From a virus (lineage: Duplodnaviria; Heunggongvirae; Uroviricota; Caudoviricetes), in the IMG/VR virus record IMGVR_UViG_2718217859_000011, positions 1-64,000 of that record: a stretch of 64,000 nt of DNA. One strand, 5' to 3'. A program made the position numbers and the translations under genes. The stretch's first letter is position 1. Each line of letters opens with the position of its first letter. Below the pieces are notes generated by a model. It worked only from the letters and a program-made list of their open reading frames with translations, searched no databases and was not told the DNA's origin. Below are positions 48,851 through 58,826 of this stretch, one piece after another.

Positions 48851-49591
48851 ATGCAAAAACAGATTATTGGTAACGCAACGTTGTATTGCGGTGATGTTCT
48901 TGATGTGCTGCCAGCGTTATCCGAACGTTTTGATGCCGTCATTACCGACCCGCCTTACAGCAGTGGTGGCACACATAAATCAGACCGCAGCATAGCCCCT
49001 TCGGACAAGTATGTCGGTCACACCCGGTATGCCGAGTTCACCGGCGATAACCGCGACCAGCGCAGCTGGGCGTTCTGGTGTTCCATGTGGATTTCTCATG
49101 CATTGCACAGGCTGAATCCCGGCGGTTATTTCATGGTGTTCAGTGACTGGCGACAACTACCGGCGCTTACCGATGCATTTCAGGCCGGTGGTGTGCTGTG
49201 GCGTGGTCTGGTTGTCTGGGATAAAACGCAGGCTTCCCGTGCGCCACACACCGGCTATTTCCGGCATCAGGCCGAGTATGTGGTCTGGGGCAGCAACGGA
49301 AAACTCGACAAATGCCCGCACGGTGGCCCGTTCCCTGGTGTGATTACGCAGCGTGTTGTCCCGTCTGAAAAACTGCACATGACCGCAAAGCCAGTTCAGC
49401 TGATGGCCGAGCTGGTTAAACCGCTGGCACCGGATGCGCACGTCCTCGATCCGTTTATGGGAAGCGGCACCACCGCCATCCCTGTACTTGCCCGTGGCGG
49501 ACGGTTTACCGGCATTGAAATGACTAACCAGTATTTTGATATCGCCTGCGCACGTATCGAAAAAGCGCAGGCAGAAGCAGCGCAGGTGTGA
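48851..49591 (+). CDS. DNA methyltransferase, beta-class (DPPY ... FMGSGTT)
   Basis: 246 aa; TDPPY at residues ~32-36 and FMGSGTT near C-terminus; no restriction partner. Confidence 0.85.
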   Translation: MQKQIIGNATLYCGDVLDVLPALSERFDAVITDPPYSSGGTHKSDRSIAPSDKYVGHTRYAEFTGDNRDQRSWAFWCSMWISHALHRLNPGGYFMVFSDWRQLPALTDAFQAGGVLWRGLVVWDKTQASRAPHTGYFRHQAEYVVWGSNGKLDKCPHGGPFPGVITQRVVPSEKLHMTAKPVQLMAELVKPLAPDAHVLDPFMGSGTTAIPVLARGGRFTGIEMTNQYFDIACARIEKAQAEAAQV

Positions 49592-49592
49592 C

Positions 49593-51233
49593 GTGGCAAA
49601 ACGTAAACTTTCCATTAAAGAGTTTCAGAGAAGCTTACAGGAGTACATCGCCAACCTCCGCCAGACCATTGAGGCTGAATGTCTGGGGTTTGATGTTAAC
49701 CCGCAGGCCACACAGGCCCGCCGGGCGGCAGTCTGCGACCCGGTGACGGGCTACGATTATTTTGTCGAAAACTATTTCCCGCACTACGTCCGCAACCCGG
49801 CAAAAAGTGAGCTGCATAAATACCTGTTCAGCCGTCTGCCACAGGTTGTGGCAAGCCCGGACCCGGAGAACGACGCCATCGCCGCGCCCCGTGGTGAAGC
49901 AAAATCCACGCTGGTGACTCAGCTGTTTACCCTGTGGACCATTATCCGGGCCATTAAACATTATCCGGTCATCATTATGGACAGTATCGACCAGGCTTAT
50001 CCGATGCTGGAAGCCATCAAGGCTGAACTGGAGTTTAACCCCCGTTTAAAAAACGATTTCCCGGAGGTGTGCGGGCAGGGTCGCGTCTGGCGTATGGGGA
50101 CCATCGTCACAGCCAACAATATCAAGGTGACCGTTGCCGGTAGTGGTAAAAAGCTGCGTGGTCTGCGCCACGGCCCGTACCGTCCTGACCTGGTTATCCT
50201 CGACGATATCGAGAACGACGAGATGGTGCGTAACCCGGAGCAGCGCGACAAGCTGCATGACTGGCTCACCAAAACCGTGATGCCACTGGGTGAGGCTGGC
50301 GGTAAAACCGATATTATTTATATCGGAACCATCCTGCATTACGACTCCGTACTGTCGCGCACGCTGAATAACCCGATGTGGAAAACGGCCCGTTTTAAGG
50401 CCGTCATTCAGTGGCCTGCCAATATGAAGTTGTGGGACGAGTGGGAAGAACTCATCCGCAACAAACAGCCGGAAGCGGCGGAGGCACTTTACCGGCAGAA
50501 CGAAGCCGAGATGCTCGCCGGGTCGGTGGTGTCATGGGCGGCGCGTCCCCTGCTGGCACTGATGAAAATCCGTGTCCGTGACGGTCACGACACCTTTGAT
50601 TCTGAATACCAGAACGACCCGGTCAGCGGTGAAGATGCGCTGTTTGCGGGCTGCATTAAGTTCTGGGTTAACCGTCTTGATGAATGGGTGTTCTACGGCG
50701 CTGTTGACCCCAGTCTCGGGAAGAAAAACAAAAACCGCGACCCGTCGGCCATTCTCGTGGGGGGCTTTAACCGCTTTACCGGCATTCTGGATGTGGTTGA
50801 AGCCGATATCCGCCGACGTCTGCCAAATAAACTTATCGAAGACGTGATCAAGTATCAGCGGGAATACCACTGTCTGTGCTGGTCGTTTGAGTCCGTTCAG
50901 TTTCAGGAGTTTCTGCGTACCGTGCTGGTTGAGCGTTCGGCGGCGCTGGGCGTACCGGTTCCGGCGCTGCCGGTCATCCCTCTGGAGGATAAGGCGCTGC
51001 GTATTGAGTCCCTTCAGCCGCATATGGCCAACGGCCTGATTCGCATCAGTCCCGCACATCAGACTCTGATTGACCAGCTGCGCCACTACCCCAAAGCCGA
51101 CCATGATGACGGCCCGGACTGTCTGCACATGCTGTGGACGCTGGCAGTGTCGCGCAGCGCAAAATTTCAGATACACACCCCACGCAGCACCGGGCGTGAC
51201 CGTGGCGGGCGTTTTGGTTCAGGAGGATGGTAA
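49593..51233 (+). CDS. terminase large subunit (Mu gp28-like)
   Basis: 546 aa with GTG start overlapping the MTase stop; immediately precedes portal. Confidence 0.85.
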   Translation: MAKRKLSIKEFQRSLQEYIANLRQTIEAECLGFDVNPQATQARRAAVCDPVTGYDYFVENYFPHYVRNPAKSELHKYLFSRLPQVVASPDPENDAIAAPRGEAKSTLVTQLFTLWTIIRAIKHYPVIIMDSIDQAYPMLEAIKAELEFNPRLKNDFPEVCGQGRVWRMGTIVTANNIKVTVAGSGKKLRGLRHGPYRPDLVILDDIENDEMVRNPEQRDKLHDWLTKTVMPLGEAGGKTDIIYIGTILHYDSVLSRTLNNPMWKTARFKAVIQWPANMKLWDEWEELIRNKQPEAAEALYRQNEAEMLAGSVVSWAARPLLALMKIRVRDGHDTFDSEYQNDPVSGEDALFAGCIKFWVNRLDEWVFYGAVDPSLGKKNKNRDPSAILVGGFNRFTGILDVVEADIRRRLPNKLIEDVIKYQREYHCLCWSFESVQFQEFLRTVLVERSAALGVPVPALPVIPLEDKALRIESLQPHMANGLIRISPAHQTLIDQLRHYPKADHDDGPDCLHMLWTLAVSRSAKFQIHTPRSTGRDRGGRFGSGGW

Positions 51234-51236
51234 TTA

Positions 51237-52832
51237 ATGGCACAGCTTGTTGATATTTACGGACGCCCGCTGAAACGTGAGGCACTCAAAACCACGCAGT
51301 CGGTCAGAGTGGCAGAACGGCTGCGCATTTATCCCGACCACCCGTCCCGTGGTCTGAATATCAGAAAACTGCCGCGCATTCTGGAAGCTGCCGAACGCGG
51401 CTATCTTCCGGCGCAGGCGATGCTGTTTGCGGATATGGAAGAACGTGATGGCCATCTGTTCGCAGAGATGGAAAAGCGCAAAAAAGCCTTGCTGACGCTG
51501 GACTGGTCGGTGGAGCCGCCCCGCAATGCCTCGAAGGCAGAAAAGGAGCTGGCCGCCGCCGTGGATGAATGGCTGCACGGTATCCCGGACATGGAGGACA
51601 TCATCCTCAACGGGATGAGTAGTGTCGGTTACGGCTTCAGCTGTCAGGAAATCAGCTGGGCGTTCGTGGATAAAACGTGGTTACCGGATGCGGTGACGCT
51701 GCGCCCGCATAACTGGTTTATTACCCTGCCGGAACACAATGACGAACTCCGCCTTGATGACGGCAACCGTGGGGAAGATGGTAAGGACGGCTCCGCACTG
51801 TGGCCGTTCGGCTGGCTGGTTCATCGTTACAACGCCCGGTCGGGGTTCCTGGGTTCATCCGGCCTGTTCCGCGTACTGGTCTGGCCGTATCTGTTTAAAA
51901 ACTTTGCGTTGCGTGATATGGCGGAATTTCTGGAGATTTACGGCCTTCCGGCGCGCATTGCGTACTATGCACAGGGCACCAGTGACGAAGACCGGGACAA
52001 CATTCTCGAAGCCCTGGTTAATCTGGGCCATGAAGCGGTGGCAGCCCTGCCGCAGGGTAACGAAATCGAGTTCAAGGAAGCCGCGTCCGGTGGGCCGGAG
52101 GCGTTCATGTCGATGGTGGAATGGGCGGAGCGTACCACCTCAAAAGTGATTCTGGGCAGTACGCTGACCAGCCAGGCTGACGGTAAAACCTCCACCAACG
52201 CGCTGGGTAATGTGCATAACGAGGTCCGGCACGACATTCTGGCCGCCGATGCGCGCCAGCTGTCCGGCATGTTCAGCAGCCTGATACAGATGATGGCCAG
52301 CCTCAACGGCTGGCAGGATATCCCGCCACGCCGTCTGCCGCGTCTGGTGTTTGATGTGCAGCAGGAAGCCGACATTAAGGGGGTGGCGGAAGCCGTCAGT
52401 GTGCTGGTCAACAATGTGGGAATGAAGGATATCCCGGTGTCGTGGGTGCGCAAAAAAACCGGTATCCCCACCCCGAAAGACGGCGAAGAGGTACTGGTTC
52501 CGGTGGCACAGCGTCTCCCTGTGCAGGCCGGTCTCAGCCAGCTGCGTGAGCGGATGAATGTTGCCGCACTCAGTCAGCAGGACAACGGGGAGGACGACCC
52601 GGCACAGCGCGCCATCGACCGGGCAGCACTTCCGGCAGAGGCCATCGCGCAGGGAATGAACGAACTGGTGGCCCCGCTGGTGCAGGCCATACAGGAAGGC
52701 CGGAATGCAGACGAGGTCATGAACGTACTGGCGGATGCATGGACGGAGCTGCCGGATGACACACTGCGGCAGTTGCTGGCGCAGGCATTCTTTGTGGCGG
52801 ATATCTGGGGGCGACTGAATGCCGACAGCTGA
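51237..52832 (+). CDS. portal protein (Mu gp29-like)
   Basis: 531-aa ORF between terminase and F-like gene. Confidence 0.85.
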   Translation: MAQLVDIYGRPLKREALKTTQSVRVAERLRIYPDHPSRGLNIRKLPRILEAAERGYLPAQAMLFADMEERDGHLFAEMEKRKKALLTLDWSVEPPRNASKAEKELAAAVDEWLHGIPDMEDIILNGMSSVGYGFSCQEISWAFVDKTWLPDAVTLRPHNWFITLPEHNDELRLDDGNRGEDGKDGSALWPFGWLVHRYNARSGFLGSSGLFRVLVWPYLFKNFALRDMAEFLEIYGLPARIAYYAQGTSDEDRDNILEALVNLGHEAVAALPQGNEIEFKEAASGGPEAFMSMVEWAERTTSKVILGSTLTSQADGKTSTNALGNVHNEVRHDILAADARQLSGMFSSLIQMMASLNGWQDIPPRRLPRLVFDVQQEADIKGVAEAVSVLVNNVGMKDIPVSWVRKKTGIPTPKDGEEVLVPVAQRLPVQAGLSQLRERMNVAALSQQDNGEDDPAQRAIDRAALPAEAIAQGMNELVAPLVQAIQEGRNADEVMNVLADAWTELPDDTLRQLLAQAFFVADIWGRLNADS

Positions 52833-53985
52833 CGATGTTGACCTGGGGTATGCGTACACACTGAAACCGGAAGAAGCGATTAAGTATTTCGAAAGTAAGG
52901 GATACGTTATCGGCTTCCGCTGGCACGATGTGAAGGATATCGCCAACGCCCGGGCGTTCACGGTGGCGGGCGTGCTGAAACTGGATGTGCTGAAGGATAT
53001 CCGTGATGGCCTGACGGCCGCACTGGCTGACGGCGGGACGTTCCGGGAGTTTGCTGCACAACTGGAGCCACTGCTGGAGAAAAAAGGCTGGCTGGGTAAA
53101 AAACTGATTGTGGACGAGGACACCGGCGAACTGCACGGCAGACAGCTGACGCCGCGCCGGTTGCGCACGATATTTGATACCAACATTCAGTCGTCCTACA
53201 ACGCCGGACGTTATCAGCAACAGATGGCGAACGTGGCCGACCGGCCTTATTTTGAGCGCGTGGCGGTGATGGACCTTCACACACGCCCGAAACACGCCGC
53301 CCTGAACGGCTTTACCGCCCGGGCGGATGACCCGGTCTGGGAGTATTTCTACGCCCCTGACGGGTACGGATGCCGCTGCCGTATCCGGGCGCGTTCGGCG
53401 TCTGATGTGGAGAAATATGGCCTGACGGTGCAGAGCAGCGAGGGGCGACTGGTTGAGGTTGAGCAGGAATATGGCCAGCCGGGCCTGACCATCAGAACAA
53501 TGGGACTGAAGATGCCGGACGGCTCCGTGTATACCGCCGACCCGGGCTTCGGATTTAATCCCGGTCGGGTGGCATGGCAGCCGGAACTGGAGAAATATGA
53601 TTACCGCAGTGCCCGCCAGTATGTCACCGGCACTCTGACCGGGCCGGATTTTGCCCGGGGACTGGCGAACGTCAGCGAACTGGATGCGCGCCAGCGATAT
53701 CCGCTGGCCATCCGTTCACCGGAACAGGTCGCCGCCACGGGCGCTGCACGGCAGACGGTAAACCTTACGGCTGACGTTATGAAGCGCCTCAGTGCAACAG
53801 ACACGCCCCCGGCCGCCGCCGACTATGTGCTGATGCAGCAGACCATCGAACGGGCGGAGCATGTCACGCAGGACGGCAACGCGTGGCGGTATGCGTTACA
53901 GTCGGGCGACCGCTGGTCAGTGGCGACGGTTGAGGATGACGTGCTGACAGACTGGGTTATGCAGGATACCCCGGAGGCATCATGA
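52819..53985 (+). CDS. head morphogenesis protein (Mu F-like)
   Basis: 388 aa following portal in Mu order. Confidence 0.8.
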   Translation: MPTADDVDLGYAYTLKPEEAIKYFESKGYVIGFRWHDVKDIANARAFTVAGVLKLDVLKDIRDGLTAALADGGTFREFAAQLEPLLEKKGWLGKKLIVDEDTGELHGRQLTPRRLRTIFDTNIQSSYNAGRYQQQMANVADRPYFERVAVMDLHTRPKHAALNGFTARADDPVWEYFYAPDGYGCRCRIRARSASDVEKYGLTVQSSEGRLVEVEQEYGQPGLTIRTMGLKMPDGSVYTADPGFGFNPGRVAWQPELEKYDYRSARQYVTGTLTGPDFARGLANVSELDARQRYPLAIRSPEQVAATGAARQTVNLTADVMKRLSATDTPPAAADYVLMQQTIERAEHVTQDGNAWRYALQSGDRWSVATVEDDVLTDWVMQDTPEAS

Positions 53986-54533
53986 GCAACGGTAAACTGG
54001 ATATTAAGATTGATTTAAGCGCGTATAACACCACGCTGGGGAAACTGATTCGTTCCGTGAAGGACCGGCGCGATCTGATGACGGCACTTGCGGGTTCCAT
54101 GCTGGATGCGGTTGAGACTAACTTTGAACAACAGGGGCGCCCGAAATGGATGGGCTGGAGTCCGGCTTATGCGAAACGGCGCGGCCCCGGGCAAATCCTT
54201 CAGAAATCCGGGCGACTGGCTGCCAGTATCCGCTCTGCGGTTAACAATAACGAGGCCACGGTCGGGACAAACGTCCGTTATGCCCGTATCCACAACGAAG
54301 GCGGCGAAATCCGCCATCAGGCACGGACGCAGAACCTGTATTTTAAACAGTACAAAAACGGCAGCGTCAGCACCCGCTTTGTGAAAAAGCGCAACAGTAA
54401 TTTTGTGCAGAGCGCAACGGTCGGAGCGTATACGGTCAACATGCCCGCGCGCCCCTTCCTTCAGCTTGTACAGGACGACATCGACGAGCTGGAGAACACC
54501 GCAAACCGCTATTTTGCGCGTGTGATTGACTGA
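53982..54533 (+). CDS. virion morphogenesis protein (Mu G-like)
   Basis: 183 aa after the F-like gene. Confidence 0.65.
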   Translation: MSNGKLDIKIDLSAYNTTLGKLIRSVKDRRDLMTALAGSMLDAVETNFEQQGRPKWMGWSPAYAKRRGPGQILQKSGRLAASIRSAVNNNEATVGTNVRYARIHNEGGEIRHQARTQNLYFKQYKNGSVSTRFVKKRNSNFVQSATVGAYTVNMPARPFLQLVQDDIDELENTANRYFARVID

Positions 54534-54733
54534 ATGACCACAAACGCGCTGTAATCGTCTGTGGCAACATAAACGCCTCACGGATGAGGCATTACAGCAC
54601 CGCACCCCGTAAATGCTGTCAGAATCGTTTTTAAAAGGGTTTTAAAAACGGTTTTATTTCCCCTTTTATCCTTTCGCGTTATGGCTGGGTGCTGAACACC
54701 CTCCACAGTACCCCGTGTTCCCCTTCCGTCATC

Positions 54734-55858
54734 ATGCCGCGTATGAAACTGAACATTGCGGCGTTAAGCCTCGAAATTACTAAAGCAACCCACAGCGAAA
54801 TCCAGCTGTTTCCGGCGGGCGAGTTCAGCGCGGTGGATGGTCGCCCACATACCGATGAAGTCGAAAGCGGTAAATGGGTGCTGACCGCTGAACTGGCCGC
54901 GCAGCTTGTCGCGCAGGTGGCCGCCCGTACCACGCCTTTTGTCATTGATTACGAACATCAGACGCTGCGCGCCGTAAACAACGGCAAGCCCGCCCCGGCG
55001 GCGGGCTGGTTCAGCCAGGTGGAATGGCGAGAAGGCGCGGGCCTGTATGCCACCGGTGTGGAGTGGACGGATAACGCGGTGGCCATGATTGCCGCCGGTG
55101 AGTACAAATTTATTTCCCCTGTTTTTGCCTACAACAAGCGCGGCGAAGTGCTGGAGCTGTTACATGCTGCGCTGACCAATACCCCGGCGCTCGACGGTAT
55201 GGACGCGGTCATGCTGGCTGCGGCCAGCCGTCTGGCGAGTCTGTCAACTGAAACGGAGAACACAACGGTGGATGAAGAACTGTTAAACGACTTGCTGTCC
55301 AGTCTGCGCTGGATGCTTAACCTCCCGGTTACCTCAACGGCGGAAGATATCAAAAACGAGCTGCAAAAGGTCGTTGACATGATTTCGAACGGTCAGGGAA
55401 CGGCGGCGGCATCCGTCAGCCTGCTGGCCCTGCTGAATCAGAAAGACGAGCAAATCGCCAGCCTGTCAGCCAGTGCCTATGACCCGTCAAAACACATTTC
55501 CCTTGCGGCCTTTGAAGAACTTCAGGGGCGTTATGCCGCACTGGCGCAACAGTCCGGTGAGGCCGAAGCCGGGGCACTGATTCAGGCGGCGCTGTCTGAC
55601 GGGCGACTGCTTCCGGCGCAGGAAGACTGGGCGAAAGATTACGCCAGCCGCGATATCAACGGCTTTAAGTCCTGGCTGGATAACGCACCAAAACTTGTTG
55701 CACTCAGTCAGACCCAGACCGGCGGTAAACCACCCCAAACGCCGTCGCCTGCCCCGGCGCAGATTAAAACCGGTGATGACATCGATGTCGATATCGCCAT
55801 TTGTTCAATGATGGGCGTTGATCCAGAGGATGTCGCCCGTTACGCAGGAGACAAGTAA
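54734..55858 (+). CDS. head protease / scaffold (Mu I/Z-like)
   Basis: ~375 aa from MPRMKLN; coiled-coil C-terminal half; precedes major head gene. Confidence 0.75.
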   Translation: MPRMKLNIAALSLEITKATHSEIQLFPAGEFSAVDGRPHTDEVESGKWVLTAELAAQLVAQVAARTTPFVIDYEHQTLRAVNNGKPAPAAGWFSQVEWREGAGLYATGVEWTDNAVAMIAAGEYKFISPVFAYNKRGEVLELLHAALTNTPALDGMDAVMLAAASRLASLSTETENTTVDEELLNDLLSSLRWMLNLPVTSTAEDIKNELQKVVDMISNGQGTAAASVSLLALLNQKDEQIASLSASAYDPSKHISLAAFEELQGRYAALAQQSGEAEAGALIQAALSDGRLLPAQEDWAKDYASRDINGFKSWLDNAPKLVALSQTQTGGKPPQTPSPAPAQIKTGDDIDVDIAICSMMGVDPEDVARYAGDK

Positions 55859-56254
55859 ATGGATCGCAATACCCCCTATCGTGACGGCGAGCTGAACCCG
55901 GTGCCGGTTGCCGCTGCGACCGAAATTTTTGGCGGCCATATGGTGGCCGTTAACGCATCCGGTTATGCCGTTCCGGCCAGTGCCACGGCCTCACAGATTA
56001 CGCTGGGCGTGTCTGATGGCTGGGTGGATAACAGCACCGGCAGCGATGGCGACGCCACCGTTCTGGTGCGTTGCGGCAAAGCCTTTCTGATGGCGAACAG
56101 CACCTCAGACCCGGTCACGCAATCGCAGGTCGGCAAGGTGTGCTACGTGGAAGACAGCGTGACCGTGGCAAAAACCGACAACAGCAGCGCCCGCCCTGTC
56201 GCCGGGAAAATAATCGGCATCGGTGACGATGGCGTCTGGGTTCATTTCAGTTAA
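55859..56254 (+). CDS. hypothetical head-associated protein
   Basis: 131-aa ORF between protease/scaffold and major head genes; possible DUF2190-like decoration protein (recalled). Confidence 0.4.
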   Translation: MDRNTPYRDGELNPVPVAAATEIFGGHMVAVNASGYAVPASATASQITLGVSDGWVDNSTGSDGDATVLVRCGKAFLMANSTSDPVTQSQVGKVCYVEDSVTVAKTDNSSARPVAGKIIGIGDDGVWVHFS

Positions 56255-56264
56255 GGAGCAAAAC

Positions 56265-57173
56265 GTGATAGTCAACGTTAAAAACGTCAAACAGATTTTT
56301 ATCAATCTGAAGGCCACCTTCCAGAAAGCCTTCGACCAGTCACCAACTGACTGGCAGAAGGTGGCAATGGAAGTGCCATCAAACGGCAAGGAGAACGACT
56401 ACAGCTGGTTAAGTCGTTTCCCGAAAATGCGCGAGTGGATTGGTGACAAGGTCGTTAAATCACTGGCGGCATTTAACTACACCATCCGTAACAAGGACTG
56501 GGAAGCCACGGTTGAAGTCGATCGTAACGACATCGAGGACGACCAGATTATGGGCTATGCCCTTCAGGCGAAAGGGGCCGGACAGTCGGCGGCAGAGCTA
56601 CCAGCAGATATTGTGGCGTCCCTTATCAGTAACGGTTTTACCAATCCCTGTTACGACGGCCAGCCGTTCTTTGATACCGACCACCTGGTCGCCGGTAAAT
56701 CGGTGTCCAACAAAGGCACCAAAAAACTCAAAGTTGGCTCGCTTGCCGAGGCGAAAGCCTCCTACGGTGCCGCCCGTACATCCATGCGCAGCCTGAAAGA
56801 TGACGAAGGCGCATCCCTTAAAATTCGCCCGAATCTGCTGGTTGTGCCACCGGCGCTGGAAGATGACGCGAACTACCTGATGACCGCCGAGAAGTTCCCG
56901 GACGGTACGCCGAACCCGTACCGCAACACCGCCGACGTGCTGGTGATGCCGGAGCTGGCGTCGGATTCTGCATGGTTCCTGTTTGACACCACCAAACCGG
57001 TGAAACCGCTGATTTATCAGCTGCGTAAAAAGCCTGTTTTTGTGGAGCAGACGGACTACAGCAGCGACAACGTGTTCGCGCGTAAGAAGTTCCTGTTTGG
57101 TGCCGAAGCGCGCTGTAACGGCGGTTACGGCTTCTGGCAGATGGCATTTGGTTCTGATGGTACGACGGAGTAA
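56265..57173 (+). CDS. major head subunit (Mu T-like)
   Basis: ~302 aa from a GTG 7 nt after AAGGAG; tracked ORF starts upstream at 56223. Confidence 0.8.
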   Translation: MIVNVKNVKQIFINLKATFQKAFDQSPTDWQKVAMEVPSNGKENDYSWLSRFPKMREWIGDKVVKSLAAFNYTIRNKDWEATVEVDRNDIEDDQIMGYALQAKGAGQSAAELPADIVASLISNGFTNPCYDGQPFFDTDHLVAGKSVSNKGTKKLKVGSLAEAKASYGAARTSMRSLKDDEGASLKIRPNLLVVPPALEDDANYLMTAEKFPDGTPNPYRNTADVLVMPELASDSAWFLFDTTKPVKPLIYQLRKKPVFVEQTDYSSDNVFARKKFLFGAEARCNGGYGFWQMAFGSDGTTE

Positions 57174-57176
57174 TGC

Positions 57177-57518
57177 ATGGAAAAGGTGATTGAAATTACC
57201 GCCCGCCGTGAAGGTTTTCGCCGCTGCGGTGTGGCGCACAGTGCAACCACGAAGGCATGGCCTGCGGATGCGTTCACCCCGGAACAGCTGGCGGTGCTGA
57301 AGGCTGACCCCATGCTGATTGTGGTGGAGCGCGATAAAGCGTCCGGCCAGAACGACGCGCTCCGGGGTGATGAACTGGCCGCACAGCTTGATGCCGAGCG
57401 TCAGAAAGTCAGCGAACTGACGGCGCAACTGGAAGAAGAGCGCCAGAAAGTCAGTGAACTGACCGCACGGCTGAACGCCGCACAGAAAACACAAAAAGCG
57501 GACAAAAAGGAGAAGTAA
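57177..57518 (+). CDS. hypothetical protein
   Basis: 113 aa; C-terminal coiled coil with repeated ERQKVSELTAQL. Confidence 0.4.
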   Translation: MEKVIEITARREGFRRCGVAHSATTKAWPADAFTPEQLAVLKADPMLIVVERDKASGQNDALRGDELAAQLDAERQKVSELTAQLEEERQKVSELTARLNAAQKTQKADKKEK

Positions 57519-57521
57519 CCC

Positions 57522-57953
57522 ATGTCTTACGCCACACCGGAACAGTTCATCAGGGCGTTCAGTGAACGCGAGGCACGCACACTGACGGATGAAGACATGA
57601 CGGGATTCATCGACGAAGAAAAGCTGGCCTCCGCGCTTGCGCGTGCCAGTGCCCAGATTGATGGCTATCTGGTGGGGCGTTACCGGACCCCGTGGCCTGA
57701 CAGCCCGGGGATTCTGGTGGGTTACTGCTGCGATATCGCCCGTTATCACCTGGCGACCGATTACCGTATCTGCTCAGAAGAAATTCAGATGCGCTACCGG
57801 GACGCCATCCGCTTTCTGGAGAAAGTCGCGGCAGGACAAATCAACCTCGGACGGGATACGTCCGGCAGCGTGATCCAGTCATCGTCACAGGTGCGTATCC
57901 GCTCCGGCTCCCGTCAGTTCGGGCGTGAGTCCACGCGGGGAGGTGCATTCTGA
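57522..57953 (+). CDS. Mu gp36-like head-tail protein (DUF1320-like)
   Basis: 143 aa at the position after the major head gene. Confidence 0.55.
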   Translation: MSYATPEQFIRAFSEREARTLTDEDMTGFIDEEKLASALARASAQIDGYLVGRYRTPWPDSPGILVGYCCDIARYHLATDYRICSEEIQMRYRDAIRFLEKVAAGQINLGRDTSGSVIQSSSQVRIRSGSRQFGRESTRGGAF

Positions 57954-58006
57954 TTACTGAAATTGAACGGGCGCTGGTTGAGCGTCTGCGCTGTGGTCTG
58001 GGGCAT

Positions 58007-58603
58007 ATGGTGCAGGATGTCCGCACCTATGCCGGTGAACTGGATGAAGACCCGGGCCGGATTGTTCGCAGCCTTCCGGCAGCCTGGGTGACGTTCGGCG
58101 GCATCGTGAAAACCGAACGCTATTCCACGTCACGCCGGAAATACATTGCCACCGGACGCTTTGTGGTTGTGGTGGGTGATTACAACACCCGCAGCGAACA
58201 GAGCGCCAGACAGGGAGGCACCGTCCGGGATGAAGTCGGGACAAACCTGCTGGTTGAATCCGTCCGCCGTCTGCTGACCGGTCAGGATTTGGGGCTGGAG
58301 ATTGATTATTTCGAACCCGGGCGGGTCAGGACGCTGTTTAACACCGGCGTGGCAGAGCGGGCAATGTCCGTATTTGCCTGTGAGTTCGATACCCGCTGGG
58401 TGGAGCACGCGCTGGAGAACGGCAAATGGCCGGAGCGCGGCGCAGAAGCGGACCGCCTCTTCAACCGCTACCACGGCAGGCTGTCAGACCCTGACCCGGA
58501 ACTGCTGAACCTTGGCATCCTGTACCAGATGCAGGACAGCGACGCTGAAATATCAGGGCTGACTGAATTAAGAGAGCAACAGCATGAACAAAATGAAGGT
58601 TAA
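58007..58603 (+). CDS. Mu gp37-like protein
   Basis: 198-aa tracked ORF; frame is open upstream to ~57953, so a non-ATG start is possible. Confidence 0.5.
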   Translation: MVQDVRTYAGELDEDPGRIVRSLPAAWVTFGGIVKTERYSTSRRKYIATGRFVVVVGDYNTRSEQSARQGGTVRDEVGTNLLVESVRRLLTGQDLGLEIDYFEPGRVRTLFNTGVAERAMSVFACEFDTRWVEHALENGKWPERGAEADRLFNRYHGRLSDPDPELLNLGILYQMQDSDAEISGLTELREQQHEQNEG

Positions 58604-58826
58604 GGCGGCTCCCGGGATGAAGTTCCCGATGGAGGATAACGCCCGGAAATACATCACCACGGAAGCAGTGACCGTTGAGAACACCGCTTATTACCGGCGC
58701 GCCGTTCAGGACGGTGACCTGATTCTGGTGAAGGATGAGCCTGAAACCACCGTGACGGCTGAACAGGACGCCGTGCAGGTAAAAGCGAAGGCGAAGAGAG
58801 AGAAACAGGTGGATTCCGATGAGTGA
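58584..58826 (+). CDS. Mu gp38-like small protein
   Basis: 80 aa directly before the sheath gene. Confidence 0.4.
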   Translation: MNKMKVKAAPGMKFPMEDNARKYITTEAVTVENTAYYRRAVQDGDLILVKDEPETTVTAEQDAVQVKAKAKREKQVDSDE

